A stretch of 64,000 bases of DNA from Spirochaetaceae bacterium. Its GTDB lineage: Bacteria > Spirochaetota > Spirochaetia > DSM-2461. The translations under genes and the position numbers were made by a program. Location: contig OZ245056.1 in assembly GCA_965224705.1 (NCBI GenBank), positions 2,560,001 through 2,624,000 on the forward strand, given 5' to 3'. Of this stretch, positions 50,725 to 61,200 are shown piece after piece. Under the pieces are notes generated by a model. The model did not search any database. It was given only the letters and a program-made list of their open reading frames with translations, and was not told the DNA's origin. Numbering within the stretch: the first letter of the stretch is position 1; each line of letters opens with the position of its first letter.

Positions 50725-50885
50725 GAGCCTGTCGGATTTACGTCTCACGGCTCGATTTTTGCCCTTTTTCCCTGCTGCTGCGTTGCCAAAATACTCACGT
50801 AGTCCAGCTACGCTCCGTTTTTGTCGCCTTGCATCAGGAAAAAATCATCAAAAATCGCCTCGAAGCCTTAAAATCCGACAGACTC
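50725..50885 (-). mobile_element. MITE-A copy 7 (161 nt)
   Basis: TIRs; CTAG/CTAG target duplication. Confidence 0.92.
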
Positions 50886-51051
50886 CTAGCTGTCCAAGTC
50901 CCGCCGAAAGCAGATCCACGACAGATGGTGTTCCCTCGCTAAGACGGATTACCTGACATCAACCCATCTACTGGCGAGGGCGGGTCGGGAAAAGTTCCAG
51001 CTTCGCCTGGCTGGGGGCTGGATTTATAGGCATGAAAGAACCCAATGAAGT

Positions 51052-51129
51052 AGAAATTCCCCAAACGCCTCCGACATCCCCCTTACTCCAGCAAAAGGGT
51101 GGATGATTTCTTTAGCCTGGGGAATTTCT
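51052..51129. repeat. 78-nt element with 12-bp inverted ends containing direct-repeat copy 2
   Basis: AGAAATTCCCCA (51052-63) / TGGGGAATTTCT (51118-29). Confidence 0.7.
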
Positions 51130-51137
51130 TATAGAAG

Positions 51138-51166
51138 TTGATATTACTGCAATGATTGTATAGAAT
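51138..51166 (+). promoter_or_regulatory. Promoter of surface lipoprotein copy 1
   Basis: TTGATA-17 nt-TAGAAT; homologous to the promoters of copies 2 and 3. Confidence 0.7.
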
Positions 51167-51194
51167 TGAGTAATAAATGGGGAATACTTAAATC

Positions 51195-53812
51195 ATGAAA
51201 ACAGTAGTCTCTATGTTTTCAGTGTTATTACTGACAGCCTGCGGCAATCTAGCCGATTTGGCCGTTACAGATATTTCAACTCTCACTCTTTCCTATTCCG
51301 ATTTTTCCGGCAGCCTCGATCCGGCAGAAGTCCAGAGAATACCGCCGAAAGGAACTCTTGTGAGGCTGGCTGCGGGACGTGATGTTGAATATGCTATTGC
51401 ACCGCAAACGGACGGTATTGCAGTCAACCCCTATGGTGTTGTTCTGGTTGATGCCGACGCACCTGTAAATCCCTCTGAGTACACTGTAACCGCAACAGGG
51501 GCAGGTGCTTATGCCAATACTCAAACAGCACCGTTACAATTGAAGTGGTTGTGCCTTCGGGTCCAACTCTGGATGGAAAAGTGACTTACGATCCGATAGG
51601 CACGGTCTTTGGTACACAGGCTGTTGGGAATGTTCCTTATGACAGCAGCCTGACAGGCAGTGACGGCTCAGTTCTGCCTCTGCTCAGGTACACCGCATCC
51701 GACGGTTCAAATGAACTGGCATCGGGAATCACAATTGCCGAAGATACGGGTATTGTCACGGTAGCAGGCACCGCTGATGCCAGGACAGAGACTCACTATA
51801 CAGTGATGGTCTCAGCGGATGGTTATCAGCCAGGAATGCTGAACGGTGCTGTATCGATCACGGTCGATCAGAAGGACTTCAGTAATGCTCCAATCTTTGA
51901 TGCAAATTCACTGAGTGCCGCTGTTGACTCTCAAACGGCAGCTTCGCATAGCATTCTTCATACTGGATCAGGATATACATTCAGAACCGACTATGATTTA
52001 TCAATAGCTCCTGTCCCGTCGAATCAAAACACAACAGGGGCCATTACCATCGCTGCTACCGGTGACATAGGCATAGGTTCGGGAGTTACAGTGGCTGATG
52101 CCGGTACCTACACTGTCACTGCAACAGGAAAGGGTAATTACTCCGGTGTTTCAACAGCGCGCTTTCAGCTTTTTATATAGCTGAGTACCGTACTCCAGTT
52201 GAGTGTTGCTGATAAGATATTCACAAAAAGTACAACAGGGCATTACACCGATCTTACAGGCGGTCTCACAGCGGGAACAGACTATCAGCTGAGAATTGAA
52301 CCGGCAGCAGATGCCAGTATCGACAATGCAGGACTCATATCATTCACCAGTCCAACAGGTGGTGCTTCTTATACTGTGATAGCAGAGGGAATTGGAAACT
52401 ACCGAGGCGAGATAAGGGATTCTTTCACGCTTCGAGAGTCACTTTCCAGCGCAGGATTCAAGTTATCAGTAAGAGATCATACTGTTTTTTCCGGTGCTGC
52501 TGACACGGTGGATGCAAGCATAACCAACAGCAATATTGGTCACACTCTTTCGCTGGTGGATTCAGGCGGGACTGGAAATCCTGCCGGAATGAGTATCGAT
52601 GCGAGTGGAAAGATTTCAATTCCCAGCAGTATTGATGCCAATGATTCCGGAGAATACACGGTGATCGCTGCCGGAACAGGAAATTATGGAGGCACTGTCA
52701 GAGCAACATTCAATCTGACGGTTTCGGATTCTAATTTCATCTACAGTGATATCTTTGTAACCGCTGCAGTCACTGCTAATGGAGGAACTTCCTGGCAGAC
52801 CTTCAATGCTCCCCCTGTGAATGTGACGCCTCGCTGGAGAACCTCTCCCGCCGGTACTGTCAACTTCCCGGTACCCAACCCTCCTGGTAAGCCTGGCTGG
52901 TTAACCATTGATCCTCAGTCAGGAGAGCTGACGGGTACACCTGATGCGATTGGATTTGGAAGCTTCATCATTGAAGCAAGCTTATCCGGTGCTGCTGAAA
53001 CCACCACAGTGAACTGGTTTGTCGGGGTACAGCCGACGAACAAGGATGAACTGAAAACAGCCGTGCAGGTTGAACTGGACAGGTATAAGAATATGGGGGT
53101 AACGGAATATCAGGATCTCAGAGCTATTGATACAAGCCTGATGACAGATATGAGTGACCTCTTCTATGTAAACAGCTCCAACCAACCTCAGTATGCATTG
53201 GATTTCAACGGGGATATTTCAAGCTGGGATGTCAGCAATGTGACCGACATGAGCAAAATGTTCTGTTCCGATGGTACTACCCCCATGGCGTTTACAGGAG
53301 TATTCGAGTCTTCTGGTTCCATTCATAGTATCTCAGAGTGGGATGTCAGCAGTGTCACCAACATGGAGGAAATGTTTTCCAATGCGGACAACTTCGGGGA
53401 ATTGAATAATAGTCAATATGATATACTGGCTGAATGGGATGTCAGCAATGTCACAAACATGGCCGGTATGTTTAAAGGAAACGCTACATTCAATCAGGAT
53501 ATTTCAGCCTGGGATGTCAGTAGTGTCACCGACATGACGGAAATGTTCAATTCAGCATCCGGTTTTAACCGGGACATCTCAGATTGGAATGTCGGCAGAG
53601 TTACAACCATGCGAGCAATGTTCATGTCTGCAGACGATTTTAACCAGGATATTTCAGAATGGGATGTCGGCAGTGTAACAACCATGAGATCAATGTTTAA
53701 TGGAGCAGCCAATTTCGACCAGGATTTGAATGCCTGGAGTGTCGGTTCCTCAGTGAATAAAGATTTCATGTTTAACGGCAGCGGTGTAGCGCAACTGCCA
53801 GGCTGGTATTAG
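51195..53812 (+). pseudogene. Disrupted Ig-like/DUF285 (BspA-like) surface lipoprotein, copy 1
   Basis: Paralogous to 53999-58000. 1-nt deletion near 51530 (ACAGCACCG vs ACAGCAACCG); TAG at 52178-52180 in a degenerate junction; ~1.3 kb internal deletion. Confidence 0.85.
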
Positions 53813-53943
53813 TCTCCGTGAAGGAGCATCTGAGCGGTTTTGATGATGATGATGACATGAGTCTCGCAGGGCTTTCCCCCACCTCTTTATTGCAGACAGT
53901 TAATAAGACAATTCACCAGAGCCGAATTATTTTATTATAGAAG

Positions 53944-53972
53944 TTGACATTACTGCAATTATTGTATATCAT
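53944..53972 (+). promoter_or_regulatory. Promoter of surface lipoprotein copy 2
   Basis: TTGACA-17 nt-TATCAT. Confidence 0.75.
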
Positions 53973-53998
53973 GTTAATAAATGGGGAATACTCGAATC

Positions 53999-56900
53999 AT
54001 GAAAACGGTAGTCTCTATGTTTTCAGTGTTATTACTGACAGCCTGCGGCAATCTAGCCGATTTGGCCGTTACAGATATTTCAACTCTCACTCTTTCCTAT
54101 TCCGATTTCTCCGGCAGCCTCGATCCAGCAGAAGTCCAGAGAATACCGCCGAAAGGAACTCTTGTGAGGCTGGCTGCGGGACGTGATGTTGAATATGCTA
54201 TTGCACCGCAGACGGACGGTATTACAGTCAATCCCTATGGTGTTGTTCTGGTCGATTCAGACGCACCTGTAAATCCCACCGAGTACACTGTAACCGCAAC
54301 AGGGGCAGGTGCTTATGCCAATACTCAAACAGCAACCGTTACAATCGAAGTGGTTGTGCCTTCGGGTCCAGCTCTGGACGGAAAAGTGACTTACGATCCG
54401 ATAGGCACGGTCTTTGGTACACAGGCTGGTGGGAATGTTCCTTATGACAGCAGCCTGAAAGGCAGTGACGGCTCAGTTCTGCCTCTGCTCAGGTACACCG
54501 CATCCGACGGTTCAAATGAACTGGCACCGGGAATCACAATTGCCGAAGATACGGGTATCGTCACGGTAGCAGGCACCGCTGATGCCAGGACAGAGACTCA
54601 CTATACAGTGATGGTCTCAGCAGATGGTTATCAGCCAGTGATGCTGAACAGTGCTGTATCGATCACGGTCGATCAATTGGCACTCGCAAAGTTTGAATAT
54701 GTCAGCATAGTCACAGGAGTGGAAAATACTCTCATTACTTCCCTGCCTCCAACAATTGAACCTGCGGGGGCGATTGTGAAATACTCATTATCTTCCGGCA
54801 CGCAATTACCAGCCGGACTGGACATTGATGAGGATACCGGGGCGATCTATGGTCAAACAAGCAGTCCGGAACTATTAGACACCTACTCAGTAACCGCAGC
54901 CGCAGCAGATAAAAACTATACAGGCAGTCTGACCGCCGATGTTCAGGTGATAGTCTATAGCTCAACGACGCCAACTATAGTCGGCACTCTGACCTATTCC
55001 CCAATCAGCACAACCTATGGTCAGGTGCCGATTTCTGCAGGAATACAGTCCAGTACTCTGGCATCAAGCAGAGGGCCTACCAATCCCCTCTCCAATATTC
55101 AATACACAGCAATTAATGGTAAAGGTGAACTGGCTACAGGTGTAACAATTGATGCGAATTCAGGTGAAATTACAGTCGACAGTATTGCTGCCAATGCAAT
55201 GACAACGAGTGAGTATGATGTTCGTATTACTGCCGACAACCATCAGGCAGCAACAATTCCCAATGCCGTGTCTGTGACTGTTAATCAACAGGACCTTACA
55301 GCAATCAGTGTTTTTGTTCAGAATCCATCTTCCAGTGAAACTGTTACGGCTCTTACAAATGATACGACGCATTCCATTGCTTCACTCCTTTCAGTCTCCT
55401 ATACGGTCGGAACCGACTATACACTGTCCATAGCTCCTGTCCAGTCAACTCAAAACACAACAGGGGCCATTACCATCGCTCCTGATACCGGTGTAATAAG
55501 CATAGATTCGGGAGTTACAGTGGCTGATGCCGGTAGCTACACGATTACCGCAACAGGAATCAATAATTACATCAATCCTTCATCAACAACCGCCACATTC
55601 ACTCTGACGGTTACTCCGAAGGACTTTACAACAGCCAGTGTTTTTGTTCAGAATCCATCATCCAGTAAAACTGTTACGGCTCTCACTCAGAATACACATT
55701 CCATTGCTTCATTCCTTTCAGGCACCTATACGGCCGGAACCGACTATACACTGTCCATAGCTCCTGTCCAGTCAACTCAAAACACAACAGGGGCCATTAC
55801 CATTGATTCTGCTACCGGTGAAATAAGTATAGACCAGGGAGTCACAGTGGCTGATGCCGGTGATTACACGATTACCGCAACAGGAATCAACAATTACATC
55901 AATGCTTCATCGACAACAGCCACATTCACTCTGACTGTTGGTCCGAAGGGCTTCAATAATGCTCCAATCTTTGATACAAATTCACTGAGTGCCACTGTTG
56001 ACTCTCAAACGGCAGCTTCGCACAGCATTCTTCTTACTGGATCAGGATATACATTCGGAACCGACTATACACTGTCCATAGATCCTGCCCCGTCGAATCA
56101 AAACACAACAGGGGCCATTACCATCGATTCTGCTACCGGTAAAATAAGCATAGGTTCGGGAGTTACAGTGAATGATACCGGTACCTACACTGTCACTGCA
56201 ACAGGAGAGGGTAATTACTCCGGTGTTTCAACAGCAAGCTTTTCGCTGAAAGTTGTTATACCGCTGAGTACCGTTGCCGGATTCCAGTTGAGTGTTACTG
56301 ATCGAACATTCACAAGCAGTACGACAGGGCATTATGCCGATGTAACAGCAGGCGGCCTCACAGCGGGAACAGACTACCGGCTGAGAATTGAACCGGCAAC
56401 AGATGCCAGTATCGACAATGCAGGACTCATATCACTCACCAGACCAAGAGGCGGTGCTTTTTATACTGTGATAGCAGAGGGAATTGGAAACTACCGAGGT
56501 GAGATAAGGGATTCTTTCACGCTTCGAGAGTCACTTTCCAGTGCAGGATTCAAGTTATCGATGAAAGATTATACTGTTTTTTCCAGTCTTGCTTCCAGTG
56601 TGAAAGCAGACATAACCGACACAACCAATGGGGATTATGCACTTTCACTGGTGGATTCGGGCGGGAATGGAAATCCTGCCGGAATGAGTATCGATGCGAG
56701 TGGAAAGATTTCAATTCCCGGCAGTATTGATGCCAATGATTCCGGAGAATACACGGTGATCGCTGCCGGAACAGGAGATTACGGAGGTACTGTCAAAGCA
56801 GCATTCAATCTGACGGTTTCGGATTCTAATTTCATCTACGATGATATCTTTGTAACCGCTGCAGTCGCTGCTAATGGAGGAACTTCCTGGCAGACCTTCA

Positions 56901-58000
56901 ATGCTCCCCCTGTGAATGTGACGCCTCGCTGGAAAAACTCTTCTCCTACTCCCGCTGGTACTACCTTCTCGGTACCCAGTCCTTCTAACATGCCTTCCTG
57001 GTTAACCCTTGATCCTCTGTCAGGAGAGCTGACGGGTACACCTGATGCAATTGGATTTGGAAGTTTCGTCATTGAAGCAAGCTTATCCGGTGCTGCTGAA
57101 ACCACCACAGTGAACTGGTTTGTCGGGGTACAGCCGACGAACAAGGATGAACTGAAAACAGCCGTGCAGGTTGAACTGGAAAGGTATGACAACATGACCC
57201 CCCCTGTAACGGAGTATCAGGATCTCAGAGCTATTGATACAAGTCTGATGACAGATATGAGTGATCTCTTCTATGTAAACAGCTCCAACCAACCTCAGTA
57301 TGCATTGGATTTCAACGGGGATATTTCAAGCTGGGATGTCAGCAATGTTGAAGACATGAGCAGAATGTTCTATTCCGACGGTAGTCCCATGGCGTTTACA
57401 GGAGTATTCGAGTCTTCTGGCTCTATTCACAGTATCTCAGAGTGGGATGTCAGCCGTGTCACCAACATGAAGGAAATGTTTTACAGAGCGGACAACTTCG
57501 GGGAACTCAAAAATAGTCAATATGATATACTGGCTGAATGGGATGTCAGCAATGTTAAAAACATGGCTGGTATGTTTAAAGACAATGATACATTCAATCA
57601 GGATCTTTCAAAATGGAATGTCAGTAGTGTCACCGACATGGCGGGAATGTTTCATTTCGCAATCAATTTTGATCAGGACATTTCAAAATGGAATGTCAGT
57701 AATGTAAAAGACATGAAGGAAATGTTTAGTTCAGCAGACAATTTCAATCAGGACATTTCAAAATGGAATGTCAGTAGTGTAACAACCATGGAGGGAATGT
57801 TCCTGTCTGCAGACGCTTTTAACCAGGATATTTCAGAATGGGATGTCGGCAGAGTAACTGACATGGCGGGAATGTTTAATTCAGCAACCAGTTTCAACCA
57901 GGATTTGAATGCCTGGAATGTCGATTCCTCAGTGAGACAGACGGTCATGTTTCACAACAGCGGCGTAGCGCAAAATCCGCCTCACTGGTTTTCTCCGTGA
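53999..58000 (+). CDS. Surface lipoprotein with Ig-like stalk and C-terminal DUF285 (BspA-family) repeats, copy 2
   Basis: Lipobox LTAC; putative Ig motifs (LPAGLDIDEDTGAIYG, WLTLDPLSGELTGTP); Thr/Ser-rich beta modules; 8 W(D/N)VxxVxxMxxMF repeats. Confidence 0.9.
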   Translation: MKTVVSMFSVLLLTACGNLADLAVTDISTLTLSYSDFSGSLDPAEVQRIPPKGTLVRLAAGRDVEYAIAPQTDGITVNPYGVVLVDSDAPVNPTEYTVTATGAGAYANTQTATVTIEVVVPSGPALDGKVTYDPIGTVFGTQAGGNVPYDSSLKGSDGSVLPLLRYTASDGSNELAPGITIAEDTGIVTVAGTADARTETHYTVMVSADGYQPVMLNSAVSITVDQLALAKFEYVSIVTGVENTLITSLPPTIEPAGAIVKYSLSSGTQLPAGLDIDEDTGAIYGQTSSPELLDTYSVTAAAADKNYTGSLTADVQVIVYSSTTPTIVGTLTYSPISTTYGQVPISAGIQSSTLASSRGPTNPLSNIQYTAINGKGELATGVTIDANSGEITVDSIAANAMTTSEYDVRITADNHQAATIPNAVSVTVNQQDLTAISVFVQNPSSSETVTALTNDTTHSIASLLSVSYTVGTDYTLSIAPVQSTQNTTGAITIAPDTGVISIDSGVTVADAGSYTITATGINNYINPSSTTATFTLTVTPKDFTTASVFVQNPSSSKTVTALTQNTHSIASFLSGTYTAGTDYTLSIAPVQSTQNTTGAITIDSATGEISIDQGVTVADAGDYTITATGINNYINASSTTATFTLTVGPKGFNNAPIFDTNSLSATVDSQTAASHSILLTGSGYTFGTDYTLSIDPAPSNQNTTGAITIDSATGKISIGSGVTVNDTGTYTVTATGEGNYSGVSTASFSLKVVIPLSTVAGFQLSVTDRTFTSSTTGHYADVTAGGLTAGTDYRLRIEPATDASIDNAGLISLTRPRGGAFYTVIAEGIGNYRGEIRDSFTLRESLSSAGFKLSMKDYTVFSSLASSVKADITDTTNGDYALSLVDSGGNGNPAGMSIDASGKISIPGSIDANDSGEYTVIAAGTGDYGGTVKAAFNLTVSDSNFIYDDIFVTAAVAANGGTSWQTFNAPPVNVTPRWKNSSPTPAGTTFSVPSPSNMPSWLTLDPLSGELTGTPDAIGFGSFVIEASLSGAAETTTVNWFVGVQPTNKDELKTAVQVELERYDNMTPPVTEYQDLRAIDTSLMTDMSDLFYVNSSNQPQYALDFNGDISSWDVSNVEDMSRMFYSDGSPMAFTGVFESSGSIHSISEWDVSRVTNMKEMFYRADNFGELKNSQYDILAEWDVSNVKNMAGMFKDNDTFNQDLSKWNVSSVTDMAGMFHFAINFDQDISKWNVSNVKDMKEMFSSADNFNQDISKWNVSSVTTMEGMFLSADAFNQDISEWDVGRVTDMAGMFNSATSFNQDLNAWNVDSSVRQTVMFHNSGVAQNPPHWFSP

Positions 58001-58146
58001 AGGAACATCTGAGCGGGTTTGATGGTGATGAATAGCATGCCATTGATTTCGCTCTGTCATGCCCCTTGTGGGCATTTGAGTTCTTGCCGATTTTTTCTGG
58101 CAATGTCCTCGCTATGGGCCGTAAACGAGTTATTTTGTTGTAAAAG

Positions 58147-58175
58147 TTGACATTACTGCAATTATTGTATATTAT
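58147..58175 (+). promoter_or_regulatory. Promoter of surface lipoprotein copy 3
   Basis: TTGACA-17 nt-TATTAT. Confidence 0.75.
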
Positions 58176-58201
58176 GTTAATAAATGGGGAATACTCGAAT
58201 C

Positions 58202-61200
58202 ATGAAAACGGTAGTCTTTCTGTTCTTTGCTTCTATATTCTCAGTGTTATTACTGGCAGCCTGCGGCAATCCAGTTGAGTTGTCAGTCACAGATATTTCA
58301 ACCCTAACTCTTTCCTATTCCGATTTCTCCGGCAGCCTCGATCCAGCAGAAGTCCAGAAGATCTCGCCGAAAGGAACTCTTGTGAGGCTGGCTGCGGGAC
58401 GTGATGTTGAATATGCTATTGCACCGCAGACGGACGGTATTACAGTCGACCCTCATGGTGTTGTTCTGGTCGATGCAGATGCACCTGTAAATCCCGGTGG
58501 CACTGAGTACACTGTAACCGCAACAGGGGCAGGTGCTTATGTCAATACTCAAACAGCAACCGTCACAATCAAAGTGGTTGTACCTTCGGGTCCAACTCTG
58601 GACGGAACAGTGGCTTACGATTCAATAGGCACGGTCTTTGGTACACAGGCTGTTGGGAGTGCTCCTGATGCCAGCAGCCTGACAGGCAGTGACGGCTCAG
58701 TTCTGCTGCCTCCGCTCAGGTACACCGCATCCGACGGTTCAAAGGAACTGGCACCGGGAATCACAATTGCCGAAGCTACAGGTATTATTACGGTAGCAGG
58801 CACCATTGATGCCAGGACAGAGACTCATTATACAATTATGGTCTCAGCAGATGGTTATCAGCCAGTGATGCTGAACGGTGCCGTATCAATCACGGTCGAT
58901 CAATTGGCATTACAAGATCTGGACTATGCCATAGTCACAGGAGTGGAAAATACTCCCATTACTTCCACACCTCCAACAATTGAACCTGCGGGGGCGATTG
59001 TGAAATACTCATTATCTCCCGGCACACAACTACCAGCCGGACTGGACATTGATGAGGATACCGGGGCGATCTATGGTCAAACAAGCAGTCCGGTACCATC
59101 AGGCACCTACTCAGTAACCGCAGCCGCAGCAGATAAAAACCATACAGGCAGTTTGACCGCCGATGTTCAGGTGATAGTCTATAGCTCAACGACGCCCACT
59201 ATTACCGGAACTCTGACCTATTCCCCAATCAGCACAACCTATGGTCAGGGGCCGGTTTCTGCAGGAATACAGTCCAGTACTCTGGCATCAAGCAGAGGGT
59301 CTACCAATCCCCTCTCCAGTATTCAATACACAGCAACTGATGGTACAGCTCAATTGGCTCCAGGTGTAACAATTGATGCGAATTCAGGTGAAATCACAGT
59401 CAACAGTATTGCTGCCAATGCCATGACAACGAGTAAGTATGATGTTCGTATTACTGCCGACAACCATCAGGCAGCAACAATTTCCAATGCCGTGTCTGTG
59501 ACTGTTGATCGACAGGACTTTACAGGAGTCAGTGTTTTTACTCAGAATTCACTTCCCGATGTAGACGCTATAGCCCTCACTCAGAGTAATCAACTTATTG
59601 ATTCATACCTTTCAAGCTCCTATACGGCCGGAACCGACTATACACTGTCCATAGCTCCTGCCCCGTCGAATCAAAACACAACAGGGGCCATTACCATTGA
59701 TTCTGCTACCGGTGAAATAAGTATAGACCAGGGAGTCACAGTGGATGATGACGGTGATTACACGATTACCGCAACAGGAATCAACAACTACAAGAATGCT
59801 TCATTGACAACCGCCACATTCACTCTGACAGTTGATCCGAAGGACTTTACAGCAGCCAAAGTTTTGGATTCGAGTCAATCTTACGGTAAAACTGTTACGG
59901 CTCTCACGATGGCTAGGAAGCGCATTGTTTTACTTAATACAAACACCTATACGGCCGGAACCGATTATGAATTATCAATAGCGGCGGATGATCCGCAGAA
60001 GCAAAACACAACAGGAGCCATTACCATCGACTCTGCTACCCATGAAATACACATAGGTTCGGGAGTTACAGTGGATGATGCCGGCGGCTACACAATTACC
60101 GCAACAGGAATCAACAACTACAAGAATGCTTCATCGACAACCGCAAGATTTACTCTGGGTGTTACTCCGAAGGACTTCAAAGCAGCCAATGTTTTTCAGA
60201 CACTATCTTCCAGCAAAACTGTTGATGTTTTCACATCGGATACGCATTCCATTGCTTCATTCCTTTCAGGCACCTATACGGCCGGAACCGACTATACACT
60301 GTCCATAGCTCCTGCCCCGTCGAATCAAAACACAACAGGGGCCATTACCATCGATTCTGCTACCGGTGTAATAAGCATAGGTTCGGGAGTTACAGTGAAT
60401 GATGCCGGCGACTACACAATTACCGCAACAGGAATCAACAACTACAAGAATGCTTCATCGACAACCGCCACATTCACTCTGACAGTTAAGCCGAAGGACT
60501 TTACAGGAGTCAGTGTTTTTACTCAGAATTCACTTCCCGATGTAGACGCTATAGCCCTCACTCAGAGTACACAGTCCATTGCTTCACTCCTTTCAGGCAC
60601 CTATACGGCCGGAACCGATTATAAATTATCAATAGTGGCTGATGATCCGCAGAAGCAAAACACAACAGGAGCCATTACCATCGACTCTGCTGCCCATGAA
60701 ATACGCATAGGCCAGGGAGTTACAGTGGCTGATGCCGGTGATTACACAATTACCGCAACAGGAATCAACAACTACACCGGGACTTCATTGACAACCGCAA
60801 GATTTACTCTGACTGTTAATCGACAGGACTTTACAGGAGCCAGTGTTTTTACTCAGAATTCACTTCCCGATGTAGACGCTATAGCCCTCACTCAGAGTAC
60901 ACATTCCATTGCTTCACTCCTTTCAGGCACCTATACGGCCGGAACTGACTATAGACTGTCCATAGCTCCTGCCCAGCCAACACAGAATACAGCAGGGGCC
61001 ATTACAATCGATCCTGACAGTGGTAAAATAAGCATAGGCCAGGGAGTTACAGTGGCTGATGCCGGTGACTACACGATTACCGCAACAGGAATCAACAACT
61101 ACAAGAATGCTTCATCGACAACCGCCACATTCACTCTGACAGTTAAGCCGAAGGACTTTACAGGAGTCAGTGTTTTTACTCAGAATCCATCATCCAGTAA

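Noticed and set aside
50890..51050. Faint resemblance to a DinB C-terminal fragment
   Set aside because: Similarity (LLARAG..LRLAG) is too weak to support without a search.
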